From Octopus sinensis (taxonomy: Eukaryota), in assembly GCF_006345805.1 (NCBI RefSeq), contig NC_043003.1, positions 28,644,001 through 28,708,000 of the forward strand: DNA of 64,000 nt, read 5' to 3'. The position numbers and the translations under genes are program-made. Positions 39,331 to 53,758 of this stretch are shown one piece after another. Below the pieces are notes generated by a model. The model worked only from the letters and a program-made list of their open reading frames with translations. It was not told where the DNA came from and did no database searches. The first letter of the stretch is position 1; each line of letters starts with the position of its first letter.

Positions 39331-39929
39331 CGTCATTATTATTGGTTTAATGCAACACAGGCAATAGGCGGGAGAAGAAAATGCTAACAATGTTATTGTT
39401 GACTTGAAGTAGGTCTTTTGTTGATTTTTTCCATCGATTATCTTATTTTAAAATGTTGTGAACATTTTTAAAAATAGGTTGTACTTATTTATATCTAGTA
39501 AGGATTGCTTGCTTTCTATATTTATCTCTTCAGGCTAAATACTGCCTAGAGTTTCTAAAATTAAGTCAAAGGATTTCTTAAACGGATAACAATGAATTTC
39601 ACTTATGTGGACTCGATCAATTTTTGTTGATTTTTTGAAGTTGTGAGGAGGTTATAACGACTTTATATTGACATGTCCGTTATCGCCTCCAACACCATCG
39701 TGCTATGTACATTTTGTGGATTTTGATCTGCCCAGCACGTGTAATATATAAGCATCAGAGGAGGAAGGCTATGCTATGTGCTTTAGGATTTCACTTTATA
39801 TCCCTGTGATACAGGTTCGATTTGACTAATATCCTGTCAGTGAAATTTTTGAAATGAAAGCTGTGTAGAAATCTGTTGAACATGCATATATACCAGTCGC
39901 CATGCTTGATCGCTAAATCTACAAGTTTT

Positions 39930-40102
39930 TTTATTTTTATTCTCTCTCTCTCTGTGTTTATTTTCTCTTATTCCTTTCTGTTACAGAGCGTAGGCTCGAA
40001 ACGTAAAGACTTTCTCATTTTCCCGAACGTAAAAGACTCTCATTTTCTCTGCTTGTTGTTCATACATCTGTCTTCGCCTTTTGGTTTTCTGTATATTTCA
40101 AC
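39930..40102 (+). mobile_element. Short hammerhead-like element, degenerate
   Basis: GAGC gtag GCTC GAAAC GTA aag; homologous to 6305-6565. Confidence 0.55.
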
Positions 40103-40339
40103 TACACACACACACCACACACACACACACACACACACTAACACACACACATACACACACAAACACACACACACATATATATATAAGTGCATGCGTGCGT
40201 GTGTGTATACATGTATATATCTGTATCTGTATGTGAGTATGTATATTCGCTTCTATTTTCAATCATTTGAAGTCTTCTTGTAAAGAAGAAACTGTTATTT
40301 AACGAAGATTACAAAACGCAGTCAATGGAGTGCAGATAA

Positions 40340-41150
40340 AACAAATTCACATTCTAATCTTAATAAGAGTTTTGCATATTTTTACCCTCTCATTTAAAGA
40401 TTGTATCTGAGTGTTAATTAATTGATTTCTTTTTCTGAAAAAAAACCCCTAGTTTGTACAGATTGTCACAGTATTATTGGCATAAATGCGAATTTATAAT
40501 CTAGGTATAAAATCTGGAGGTTACGAAGCAGCTGTCCGTAGTTATCTTCTTTCTCATTGATTTTCAAAGAGATATTCACATCAGCAGGACTGCTGATCTC
40601 TGTGATGGTACATACTTTTGTCTGTCCCCAAAATGCTATCCATCCTGTTATGTTTGCACACTGTAGAAATTCTGATGGGAATGTTCTACCAACATTCCGG
40701 GTCTTGGTGTTTATAACTGTATTCAGTGATAGAAGGGTTCTCTATATTTATCCCCAAGACAGTTTTTTTGTTTTTGAAAGGCATTATCAATTGTTTTAGC
40801 GATAGCTTCGTGTCGCAGTGTGAAGTTAAACCTCGATGGCATTTTCGGTCTGTTGTTGATCACATATTTGATGTCTTGCACATAGATGTGACATAGTCGA
40901 CATAGTTAGTTGCCTTTTGGGGATACAAGGGCTTCACCCATATTTTTATTTATTGGGGATACTGTAGCAATCTCCTCTTCTTGAGTTCCAAAATTTCTAT
41001 GGTGAAATGATGGCATGTGCCAGAGGCAACCGTCATTGCCGCATCCGTGTAAAAGGTTTTTCATCACTAGCAGGTCTGAATAGCTGAATTTGTGCCGATC
41101 GTGTTCAAGAGAAAGATGAAGCGATGCCACTGCTCGAAATCTAATTGTAG
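40340..41150 (-). mobile_element. REL-endonuclease (R4/Dong-like) retrotransposon remnant
   Basis: Minus strand CRLC knuckle, LRHEAIAK, NIPIRISTVCKHNR, EISSPADVNISLKINEKEDNYGQLLRNLQILY, VKICKT. Confidence 0.7.
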
Positions 41151-42089
41151 CTAACATACATACACACATACACACATACATACACACACATACACACATA
41201 CACATACACACATACACACATACACACACACATACACACATACATACACACATACACACACACATACACACATACACACATACATACACACACACATACA
41301 CACACACATACATACACACATACATACATACACACATACATACATACATACATACATACATACACACACACACATGTATATACATACATACTTATGTGAG
41401 TATCTGTGTGTGTGCGTGCATGCGTGTGTGTGTGTGTTTGTCTCCCATCACCACTTGATAATCAGTATTGGTGTATTTACGTCCCGTAACTTAACGGTTC
41501 AGCCAAAGCAACCGATAGAATATGAAGCAGGCTTTCAAGAAAGTAAAAAAAGCACTGGTTTCAATTCATTTGGCTAAAATCTTTCAAGGAGGTACTCGAA
41601 CATGGTTGTAGTCTAATGACTGAAACAAGAAAAGAAAAACACACACACACACACACGCGCGCACATATAGATAGATAAATGCATCGATAGATAGATAGAG
41701 AGAGAGAGAGAGAGGGGGGGAGAGAGAGAGAAAGAGAGAGACGAGCGAAAGGAGTTGATTTGTCTTCTTGTCAATCTACTCATGCGGGTCACTCTCTAGA
41801 AATGAAATATTTTTACAGGCAAAGAACTGAAATTAATGTAACCGTGTTTGTAAAGAAAACAAAACTACTTCTCCAAATATAACTTTCTAATATTTTACCG
41901 ATTTTAATCGTCTTTGTCATGTTACACTTTACCGAGATACCAATTACTTTTCTTATGGCTTCAAAATTGCGTGAATGTATATAAATATATGTAAATGTGT
42001 ATGAATGACTACACACACACACTTACACACAAACATAGATATTCATTCATATACATTAGCATACTTATATATGTGTACATATATGTTAA

Positions 42090-42135
<46 letters not shown>

Positions 42136-42682
42136 CTATATGCACACACGCACATACACACACACACACACACATATACACACATATATATGTATATGCA
42201 AATGCATGTATATAAATGTGTGTGTGTATATATATATATATATATACTTATATGTGTGTGTGTGTATATATGCATGCATGCATGTATGTATGTATAAATA
42301 TATATGTATAAACATATTTTGTTTGGCTTGTAATTTGCGTGGATGTGTATATGAATACATGCATGTATATATGTGTGTGTGTGTGTGTGTGTGTTTGTAT
42401 AAATGTATGTGTGCATGAGCGTGTGTGTGTGCGTGTGTTGCATGTGCACATGTATGCATTATATACATACATACGTACGTACATACATACATGCATGTAT
42501 ATGTATATAAAGGATTAAAAGTCTTCATTTACACACACACACATATATATATACTATAGCAAAGAAACACAGAGACAAACGCACAGGCAAACTGTCACAA
42601 TCACACATTCAATGATTTTCACATATTCATACAGACGCATATATCACACATCTTCGGTGCAATTATATATATATATATATAT

Positions 42683-42730
<48 letters not shown>

Positions 42731-42771
42731 GTGTGTATGTATGTTTGTATACATACACACACACATATATG

Positions 42772-42846
<75 letters not shown>

Positions 42847-42868
42847 ATATGTATATATATATATATAC

Positions 42869-43145
42869 ATTCGTCCTTAGTCGAAAGACACCTGTTGTTA
42901 TGTCCTGTTATTTGTATTTGTGTAACATTCTCCATGTTTTTTTCCGTCCTTGTTTTCGTATACATTCGCTGCTTTCTCCCAAGGAATCTAATGTCCTTAG
43001 CTTATTTTTTCCTTGGTGCTGGCCAGATTGAAGCAGTCTCGAGTAAGGAAAGAAAATTCCGAATGAGCCGTCCTTGTTTTCTTTGTATCGTCTATCTGGA
43101 TGTTTTGTTGCCCATTTTTGTATCACATAACAGTCATTTTGTATT
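42869..43145 (-). mobile_element. Copy of the 12517-12842 dispersed repeat
   Basis: Inverted homology; (TA)n on both sides. Confidence 0.75.
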
Positions 43146-43206
43146 TTTTATATATAACATACACACACACACACACACAGACAGACACACACACACATAC
43201 ACACAG

Positions 43207-43242
<36 letters not shown>

Positions 43243-43307
43243 GTATGTATACATACATAAATGTATATATTAATATATATATACATACAATACATATATA
43301 TACATAT

Positions 43308-43349
<42 letters not shown>

Positions 43350-43354
<5 letters not shown>

Positions 43355-44057
43355 TAATTCTTCAATTGTATGTAACACGGGCAACGCCGGGTATCTCTGC
43401 TAGTGATATAGTATTTAAAAAAATGCTTAGGTAAGCTGAAACTCATAAAATTGGATGGAAATTATGTCGTGAAGTTAATGAGTTCTACGTTGGTCTTCGC
43501 GATAAGATATTCAGTCCTTTGACTCAGTGAATATTTCTGCAAGTATTATTCCTCTCACAAGTGTACTTCGAACGCTATGGGCGACGTTGCGGCGACTGTA
43601 CACAGCTACCGGCCCACAGTCGACGCTATGGCGACCAGAGCTCGCTCTGGGCGACGTTGCGGCGATTGTACACAGCTACCGGCCCACAGTCGACGCTATG
43701 GCGACCAGAGCTCGCTCTGGGCGACGTTGCGGCGACTGTACACAGCTACCGGCCCACAGTCGACGCTATGGCGACCAGAGCTCGCTCTACGCGACGTTGC
43801 GGCGACTGTACACAGCTACCGGCCCGCAGTCGACGCTATGGCGACCAGAGCTCGCTCTACGCGACATTGCGGCGACTGTACACAGCTACCGGCCCACAGT
43901 CGACGCTATGGCGACCAGAGCTCGCTCTGGGCGACAAGGCGACGACTGTACACAGCTACCGGAAACACAGATATTCCAGTTCATTAGAGAAAATATAACA
44001 GAAATGTCTAATTCTTCAATTGAATGTAACCGGGCAACGCCGGGTATCTCTGCTAGT
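43350..44057 (+). mobile_element. Non-autonomous Helitron segment with two 3' termini
   Basis: ATGTCTAATTCTTCAATTG..CGGGCAACGCCGGGTATCTCTGCTAG|T at 43350-43404 and again at 44004-44057. Confidence 0.75.
43581..43962. repeat. GC-rich 70-bp tandem repeat, about 5.5 units
   Basis: Units start at 43581, 43651, 43721, 43791, 43861 and 43931; only a few substitutions between full units. Confidence 0.97.
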
Positions 44058-44659
44058 ATAGAAATATGTGTGTGGTGATATATATGTATATATATATATA
44101 TATACACGCACATAATGTCCTTAAGCCGTCTTACTATTTATCAATTATGAATATTGTAAACAATGATTTAGTTACATCAAAAGCTAGAGATTAATAAATC
44201 CTCATCTACTTCCACTCTTTTGACGTTACATCTCCCACTCACACACCTACCTTTTACTGGGAATTTCCGCTACAATCCCTAGGTGTGCTTGCGCGCGCGC
44301 GCGTGTGTGTGTGTGTGTGTTGCGTTGTGTAGTTGAATTCCATTTCGGTTAATTTTCCAAATTACCAAGCTGTATCGATCGGCGTCGATAAATTGATACT
44401 TACGCAGGCAACAACATCATAAATATTCCAAAGGTCACTTGTAATGCTAGAATCACGACAAAAGCCAAACACACCCACTGTTTTAGTGGAATCCTTTGTG
44501 CGCCTACTCTAAATGCAAGAAACAGCAGCTAAATTTCTCTTAAATCATATCTTAAATCATGTTTTTTAATAAAAACATTGTCAATCATAATATTTATTTT
44601 TGTTTGTAAAGTTTATCAATAATTCTAGTGGGAAGAATACACTTGATTTACCTCCCGCC

Positions 44660-46715
44660 GCCAAGTACTTGACTGCTGCTTATTTTATCGACCCTGAAAT
44701 GATGAAAGGCAAAACCGATCTCGACGGAATTAGAAAAGGGGATGTAATACCAGAATAAATGCCGCAAAGTTAGCGATTTTACCAACGCGCCACCTCCATC
44801 AATAAACCTATCTACTACAAGGGCTGACATTTGGTGGGAGTGGGGTAGTCGATTACATCGATTACATCGACCCCAGTGTTTTACTGGTACTTATTTTATT
44901 GACTCCACCCCACCGAAAGGATGAAAGTCAAGGTCGACCTAGGCAGAATTTGAGCTCATAACTTTGGAAGTACAGACCGACGAATTGCCGCTAAGTAAGT
45001 CAACACCAACACCAACAACAACAACAACAACAACATCAGCAGCAACAACAACAACAACAACAACAACAACGACAACGACGACGACGACGATCCTGTCTAC
45101 AATAGCCACAAGGCCTGAAATTTTGGGGAAAGGGGTATATCGATTACATCGACTCCAGTACTCAATTGATACTTAGTTAATCGACCCCAGAAGGATGAAA
45201 GGCAAAGTCGGCCTCGGCAGAATTTGAACTCAGAACATAAGGATGGACGAAATGCCGTTAAGCATTTTGACCGACGTGCTAACGTTTCTACCAGATCGCC
45301 GTCTTACATTAGTCAATAATAATAATTATTATTTCTATTATTAATACGAGGCCAGTAATTTTGGGAGGTGGCGGTGGTAGTCGATCACCTCGACCCACGT
45401 ACTTAATTGGTACTTATTTCATCGTACCCGGATGTATGAAAGGTAAAGTCAATCTCAGCAGATAATATAGTTATTGATAAAACCAACTCCCAGAGTAATT
45501 AGAGCGTGGTCAAACTGCATCGTGGGGAGGATCGGCGCTAGGAAGTGCAGGAACCAATTAGAAAGCTGTCAGTGGAGTCCTCTACTCTACAAAAACTGAG
45601 GATTGATGTTTTATGTTTCGTGTAGTATACCAGTCCCAGACTAAATAAACGTTGAGGCTTTTGAAGCTCTACCATTCGTCATCATGATATACTAAAATTT
45701 CCTCATAGCGTTCTCCGCTCGAGCGACTTTGCTTTTCATTCTTTAGGGGTCGATAAATTAAGTACCAGCTGCGTACTGGAAATCGATCCAATCGACTACT
45801 CCCCACCCCAAAAATTTCGGGCCTTGTGCCTCGAGTAGAAAAGAATACTATAAACTGGGCAAAGCGGTGAACTGACAGAATGCTTAGCGGTATTTCGTCC
45901 GTCCTTACGTTCTGAGTTCAAATTCCGCCGAGATCGACCTTGCCTTTCATCCTTTCGGGGTCAAGAAATTAAGTCCCAATTGAGCATTGGGGGGTCGATA
46001 TAATCGACTTAAATCCACCCCTGAAATTGCTGGCGTTTTGTCAAAGTTTGAAACCAATATTATAAACTATTTGAACAAATCTAATTGGCTTAAAACTGGC
46101 TCTGATCGAGGTATTTGTTCTCATTCTCTGCGCTGACTTCAAATCCCACCGAGGCCAACTTGGCTTTTTATCCTTTTTAGTGTCTGTACAAATGAAAAAA
46201 AAAAAAAAACTTTACCTTTCATTTTTTCGGGGTCGATAAATTAAGCACTAGCTGCGCACAGGGATTAAATGTTAGTCCTCGTGCCTTTAGTAGAAAGGAT
46301 TATTATTATTATTCCTTTTTTCTTAAACCCTTGTATGCTTTGCGTATGTCCCTTCTTTTTCAGTGTATACCGTGTATACTTACTTTTTCTTTTTTTTCAT
46401 CATTTCATTATATGTAAACCTCCACACTTTATGTCCTGTCTTTGTATTGTCCCCCTCATCCTTCGCCCTTGTTGCAAATAAATGAAATCATTATCATTAT
46501 CATTATCATCATCATCATTATTATCATTATCATCATCATTATCATTATTATTATTATTGAAGGCAGTGAGCTAGCAGAATCACGGAATGCTTAGCGGTAT
46601 TTCGCCCGTCGCTACGTTCCGAATTCAAATTCTGCCGAGGTCGGCCCTGCCTTTCATCCTTTCGGGGTCGATAAATTAAGTACCCGTGAAACACTGGGAA
46701 CGATGTAATCGTCTG
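44660..46715. mobile_element. Cluster of at least 8 SINE family B copies or fragments
   Basis: Minus copies about 44660-45460, plus copies about 45720-46715. Confidence 0.8.
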
Positions 46716-47784
46716 CCCAGTATATCTGCCTTCTGGAATCTTCTTTTTGCTCATACTATTCCTGCAGGTGTTATCCTGGAGCAGTTTAAACGGAACATTA
46801 ACTGGCAATCTTTATATCCAACTTACCATGGATAACGCTGAATACTGCGGTGTTGACCTGGAGGGGACCTCTCATGTAGACACATGCTGCATTAAAGCAC
46901 AGAAATACATCGTAGCAAGCGAGATCATGTGATTTCAGTCTACTCTACTTCCTCAGATAGGAGTCGTCCAATGACTACATACCAGCCAAAATTCGCTACC
47001 ACTATGTTTACAATTTCAAATGGCTTTTCAAACACTGATCTCGCAAACGGCCTGCAGGTTTATCAAAACTAAATTATTAGCGATGGAAGCAGTATTAGTG
47101 CCGAGGTATTCGGCGTTCTAGCAAGACACCTCTAAGTTACGTTGAATATGTAAATTGTCTTTTGGTACTAATAATGCTTCCTACATATTTATTATTTGGA
47201 ACATTAACATTTTCAATCTCACCGGTTCTCGGAAAACCTGTAGAGGTCTTTGGCACGCACTCTTCATCAAGACTCAGCATTAAAAAAAAATATCAAAAAA
47301 AAAATGGTTCGGCCAGGAGGCTACGTTAGAAGACACTTGGCTACATTACTGTGGAGTGGGACTGAACCCGAATCCACATGAAAATAATAGCGAACTTTAA
47401 CCCGTAAACTTTACAAACCAAGTGACACTAATAGCGTGGTTTTAATTCAACATTTCACCTTAAATTTTTCCAATAAAAAAAATAACACTTTGATTGATAT
47501 CAGACATTCCCAAATGTGAAATTTTTTAGATATCATATATCTTTTTCTTTTATTATTATATTTCAATACCGTATTTGGTAATAAGGACAATATCAATATC
47601 CTGGTAATGGCGAATTAATTAAGAAAAGCAAACGAATTCATTCAGTGAAATCTATTTAACCACGATGCTCCGCAAACTCCCATACACATCGGAGATTTCA
47701 GGGTAATATATACTCCCTGACAATACACAACGGATAGCGAGACCTTGACGTGATTAACAGACGACATACGGACTTTCAGATACA

Positions 47785-47864
47785 ACGATGACAATGACAA
47801 CGACGACAACTTCCCATAGCAGAGGCGAGGCTACGACAACGATGATGATGATGATGATGATGAT

Positions 47865-47898
<34 letters not shown>

Positions 47899-48307
47899 CG
47901 ACGACGACGGCAACGACGATGATGGTAAGGGTGGTGGTGAGTGGCGACGATAATGAAGGGGAGGGGGAAAAGGAGGGGTAGAAAAGGTGTAGGGGAAGAA
48001 AATTAGAGCAGTGGAGGGGCTAAGGATGTCATTGAGAATGATGATGATGATAATGATGACGACAACGACGACGGCGACGATGATGACGTTTTTGGTGATG
48101 AGGGTGGTGGTAGAGATGATATTGATGATGATGGTAATAACGATGATGATGACGACGACGACGACGACGACGATGATGATGATGATGATGATGATAACGA
48201 TGATGATGACGATGATGATGATGATGATAATGGCATTTACGGTGATGTTGAATGATGATGACAACGAGAACGATAATGATGATGATGGTGAGGATGGTGG
48301 GGTGAGC

Positions 48308-48339
<32 letters not shown>

Positions 48340-48610
48340 CGACGACGATAACGATGATGATGATGAAGTGGCGGATAACGATGATGACGATGTTAATGAT
48401 GAGGGCAGTAATGTGGTGATGGTGGTGCTGGTGGTAGTGGTAGTAGATGGCATCGGTGATGATGATGAAGGTAGTCTTGGTGGTGGTCGTGGTTGTGGTG
48501 GTCGTGGTGGTCGTGGTGTTCGTGTTGGCGATGATATTGCTACCGATGATATTGATGTTGATAATGATGACTATAGTGATAATTATCATGACAACGACCA
48601 CGGTGATATT
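47785..48610. repeat. GAT/GAC/GGT trinucleotide low-complexity tract
   Basis: Read directly. Confidence 0.9.
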
Positions 48611-48836
48611 ATCGATAGTGGGAGTCACATGAACTGTAAAAAAAAAAAAACAGCAGGCGCAAACATGAAACCTTGCCTGTGATGTAATGGAAAATAGGTG
48701 AGAGCTGTAGGAAATTAAACACAAGCAGAGACTGAGCGGAAGATAATGGTGTAGAAACAAACCAACAGTTACACTTGGCTACGTGTACACACGTGAGCAT
48801 GTATAATCGTGTGTTGTGAAGATAAATATGTAGGCA

Positions 48837-48914
<78 letters not shown>

Positions 48915-48989
48915 ATATATATATCTATATATATATGGATATATATATATATATCTATATATGTATGTATATATATATATATCATATCA

Positions 48990-49175
48990 TTATTCTTTTA
49001 TTCCTTTACTGGTTTCAGTCATTTGACTGCGGCCATGCTAGAGAGCACCGCCGCTAGTTGAAGAAATCGACACTGGTGCTTATTCGATCGGTTCATTGCC
49101 GACCGTTAGGTTTCGGGGACGTAAACACACCAGCATCTTTGTTCAAGCGATGCCACATGGACAAACATACACACA
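48990..49175 (-). mobile_element. SINE family A 3' half
   Basis: TTTCAGTCATTTGACTGCGGCCATGCT tail. Confidence 0.8.
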
Positions 49176-49181
49176 CACACA

Positions 49182-49234
<53 letters not shown>

Positions 49235-49599
49235 TATTATATATATATATATAATATATGTTATATATATATTATGTATATGTATATATAATATTATATT
49301 ATATATTATATATATATATATGTATATATATATATGTGTGTGTGTATATAATATATATATAATGTGTGGTGTGTGTGTGTGTGTGTTAGGTGAGTGTGTA
49401 TGTGTGTGTATACATTTGTATATATACATTATATATATGTATTTCTATATACATATATATCTATGAATATATACATCAGCATAGATATCTTTATATCTAT
49501 CTATCTATTTTCTCCCCGCCTCTCTCTGCCTAGATATATATATTATATATATATATATATAATATATATATATATATATAATCAGTAGAGTTTTAAAAT

Positions 49600-50215
49600 T
49601 ACTAAAGTGCCGAGAATGGGTTGTTTTGATGAATGCAATGCCCAAAATTCGCGGCTCTTGAGTCATCAAAGAGCCAAACTCGACTGCGAAAATCCATGTA
49701 TGCCATCCCTCCTCCCTGCAATCAGAAACTCTTGTACTTGCCATGCCTCCATTCCAAGGCCTGAACCCACTCTTCTTCCAACGGAACTATAAGCTCGATC
49801 AAGATTATTTTCCTTGCCTTTCCAGGCCACAAAACGACGTCTGACATCAGGGTTGCATGGATGACCTAGAGAAACTACAGTCTTTTCCTCAGGTTTTCTT
49901 TCATATCTCATGGTTGGGCCCTGTAATAGACTATTTTGTCCTTTTTCTTCTTGTTCTTATTGACTTTTCTTCCTTCACGCACTTGATTGCTGCTATTGCT
50001 TTCCCTGTTGATGGTGTTTCATGTGTCTTTCTTGTTCCAGGGTCTGAGTGAATGTTACAAGCACCTTGTCATGATTTCACTTATCTTTCCCTCGAATAAA
50101 TGCTTTTTGCCCTCTAACAATAAGTATGCCAGGGTGCCCCCTTCTTCACAAAGTATACAAAACTAGTCCTCTTTCAAACCCTATCTATACGGATTTATTG
50201 GCGATGGGAGTGTGT
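49600..50215 (-). mobile_element. Hero-like (R2 group) REL-endonuclease retrotransposon remnant
   Basis: Minus strand VLWPGKARKIILIELIVPLEEE...HGKYK and EGWHTWIFAVEFG resemble the PD-IELTVPWEE-KY-VEVG motif; upstream PSP.N remnant. Confidence 0.65.
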
Positions 50216-50959
50216 CGTACACCAACGAAAAGCACTAATGAAATGTTCATATACATGTACATATATATATGTATACACATATGCATGTATATACATATAC
50301 GTATATCAATATTTGTATAACCAACGCGTGTTTTTCTTCCTCTTGTCACACCAACAAAATCTCGTCTCTTAATGGGTTTCCACCGCCCCTACAACTGTTG
50401 TTGCTGCCACCACCACCACGATTACTACCAAATAAAATAAAGTATTATATTGTCACATAATATTATATGTAACATGATATAACATAAGTGTGTTGTGCTG
50501 TATGGAATTGCAAAGGACACACACACACACACACTCACACATATATATATGTCATGCATTAAAAAACTTCTGAAAAAGTATACGAAAATTGTCAAAAAAT
50601 GTAGGAATGTGTAAAATGTCCATATAAGAATATGTACATATATCAATATATAGAGATAGTAGGCGGGAAAATAAAGTGATATTACAAAAACTGCATTGAA
50701 TTACATAAACTATCATTTATATAAAATTATTGAAATATACAAAAGTTTAAGGTAAAAATGTATTGATATATATGCTCGTACATCTTTGTAATGACAGGCG
50801 CATGCTTACACTCATTCGCACATCCACATACATTTACATATATACATATATAATTTGATAAAATTAATAAAATTAATAGAAATATCAAAAATTAATAATT
50901 CGTAAATCTTATATAAAATAAATAGTAGTGAGTAGTTTCAAATTTCATAGTCTCTTGCC

Positions 50960-51860
50960 GGCTTTGTGTGGTCGGAGACCAAAATCAGGTGATGTATTTA
51001 CTAGTGAGTGGGCTGCAGGCAAAGGTTTCGCATTTAGCATTTAAAGAGATTATAGGGTGTCCTCTGAGGAGTTCATAATAAGCCACCTTTTTGCTCTCCA
51101 GAATACACATCTTCTGTCGTCGGTGTAGGCTGTGTGTTTTCAAAATCTTCCAGTTGATGGAGTGGTTAATGGACTGATCGTTCAATATCAAATGTTATTG
51201 TATAGCTTGCGGTATTGCCTTGTTCCAGGTTTTAATGGAGAAGGTATGGTTTTTGCATAACGCTTTAAAATTACCCACCGTAAGCCCTACATATCTCTCA
51301 ATGCATTTGGTGCTATCCGTATTTTCTGATCGGACTTACGCTTCGTATATTATAGCTTCAGTATTAGAGTCACCAGCCAATGGAACAGCTCTCTACTTTC
51401 CAGATCACCAACCAGCTTTTCTAGGTAGATATATTTGTATGAAACTATACTTTTGAATTTGGGGTTAGAAAAATTTGTGGATCAATTTGTATCAATTTTG
51501 AGGTTGAACTCTCGGGGGTATTGAATCATGTAAACATATAATCAAACCTATTGCTATTGTATCATATGACTTATCATTATACCTATCTAGTATTAAAGTT
51601 CAGAGGCTGTAATCCATTGCCATTTTTTATAATAAAGTCGAACCTTAGCATAACTCCTTTGTATACCCCAAACCTATCTGTGAGCAACAAGCATTTTGTT
51701 TTGCATTTACTTCACACATCAGCTGATAAAATGTAATACAGGCGTTGATTACCGATCGACAATAGGATAACTTCATACTCGTGCCTTGCCAGGAAGTTCC
51801 CAGTCCCGTATGTGGTTCTTCCATGTTTGAGTAATATATCAAATATATTCCGCTATTTGA
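50960..51860 (-). mobile_element. Penelope-like element remnant (linker and GIY-YIG)
   Basis: MKLSYC; PLAGDSNTEAIIYEA*V...RYVGLTVGNFK..NHTFS...INWKILK. Confidence 0.7.
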
Positions 51861-52065
51861 ACAATATTGAGGTCCACATCATTTGTTACATATATGATTC
51901 ATAATTATATGCAGGACTCTTCAGCCATCGCGTCCCAGACCAGTGCCGAGTCATGAAACATTTGATCGAACAACAAAAAGTAAAAATAAGAAGTTTTAAT
52001 TCTATTTAATTGCATACTGCAGTCTTCAGGGGTTTTTTTGCATTATATAATAGATAGGTATTATA

Positions 52066-52620
52066 GGGCGGCGAGTTAGCAGAAACGTTAGCACATCGGG
52101 CGAAATGCTTAGCGGTATTTCGGCTGCCGCTACGTTTGAGTTCAAATTCCTCTGAGGTCGACTTTGCCTTTCATCCTTTCGTGGTCGATTAAATACCAGT
52201 TACGCACTGGGTCGATGTAATCGACTTAATCCGTTTGTCTGTCCTTGTTTAGCCCCTTGTGGGCAATAGAGAAATAAAAAACGTTAGCACGCCGGGCGAA
52301 ATGCTTAGCAGTATTTCGTCTGCCGCTACGTTCTGAGTTCAAATTCCGCCGAGATCGACTTAGCTTTTCATCCTTTCAGGGTCGATTAAATAAGTACCAG
52401 TTACGCACTGGGGTCGATGTAATCGACTTAAACCGTTTGTCTGTCCTTGTTTGTTCCCTCTGTTTTTAGCCCTTTGTGGGTAGTAAAGAAATAGGTATTT
52501 TGTCTGTCTTAACCGCCGAGGTCGAGTTTGCCTTTCATATTTTTGGGGTCGATAAATTAAGTACCAGTTGCGTACTGGGGTCGATGTAATCAACTGGCCT
52601 TGTACCTAGAGTAGAAAAGA
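52066..52620 (+). mobile_element. Tandem trimer of SINE family B units
   Basis: Units at about 52066, 52278 and 52494. Confidence 0.85.
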
Positions 52621-52821
52621 AATTATAGGTATTATATATGTAATGATTAAATTTTACAATACGCACTTTATTGTACTTCGTTCTACGCTTGATCCTGCGG
52701 ACCCATAGTACAAAATACGTTTCGGGACCGCTAATAACATGCATGAATAGCTAGATATATGGATAAATATATATATATTATATATATATATAATTATATA
52801 TATATATATATATATATAGAT

Positions 52822-52889
<68 letters not shown>

Positions 52890-52890
52890 C

Positions 52891-53642
52891 TAGGCTACAA
52901 TCTTTCACACATGTGTCTATGCATATATATATATAATGCAACTTTCTTCTAAGTTTACCTTAGATAGATAGATAGATTGATAGATAGATAAAGAGAAAGA
53001 GAGGGAGTGGGTGGGTGTATAAACTAAGAAAGAAAGAGGGAAAGAGAGAGACTGATAAGGGACAGATAAATAAATTGAAAGATAAATAGATAGATAAACA
53101 GATTGGCAGATGAATGATAAATAGATAGATGCATATGAACGGAAGTAATATTCCTGTGGTCACGCAGACAGATTCATTTACATATCTTACGTATATTTAT
53201 TAGCAAGCAGCTATAAATAGCCTTACATCTGTACATCCAGGTGAATGTGTCTATATCACTTTACATACACGTGTGCATACGCGCAATCGCACACACACAT
53301 ATATGCGCCCACACACACAACAAATATATAGGCATACGCATATACATTTATATGTATGCACTTTTGTATGTCTATATATATATGTGTGTGTGTGTATGTG
53401 TATGTATTGTGTGTGTGTGGTGTGTGCATGTATATATTTACATATATATATATATATATACATATATATATACATATATACATACATAATACATATAAAT
53501 ATGTGTATATATATATGTATATATATGTGTGCGAGTGTGTGTTTGTATATGTGTGTATGCTTTTCTAACAGTAGAAGTTACAGAATGACTTAAATGCCAA
53601 GTGTTTTGTGCGTTGGCAAGTAAAAGGATAAAAGGATATAAA

Positions 53643-53682
<40 letters not shown>

Positions 53683-53700
53683 GAAGATAGATAGATAGAT

Positions 53701-53758
<58 letters not shown>

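Noticed and set aside
43581-43962. CRISPR array or repeat protein (ORFs 43527..44078, 43561..43998, 43577..43987)
   Set aside because: Units are contiguous with no unique spacers and no cas genes. The ORFs arise because the 70-mer lacks + strand stops and rotates through the frames.
47776-48760. Overlapping ORFs of more than 200 aa on both strands
   Set aside because: Trinucleotide repeat artefacts.
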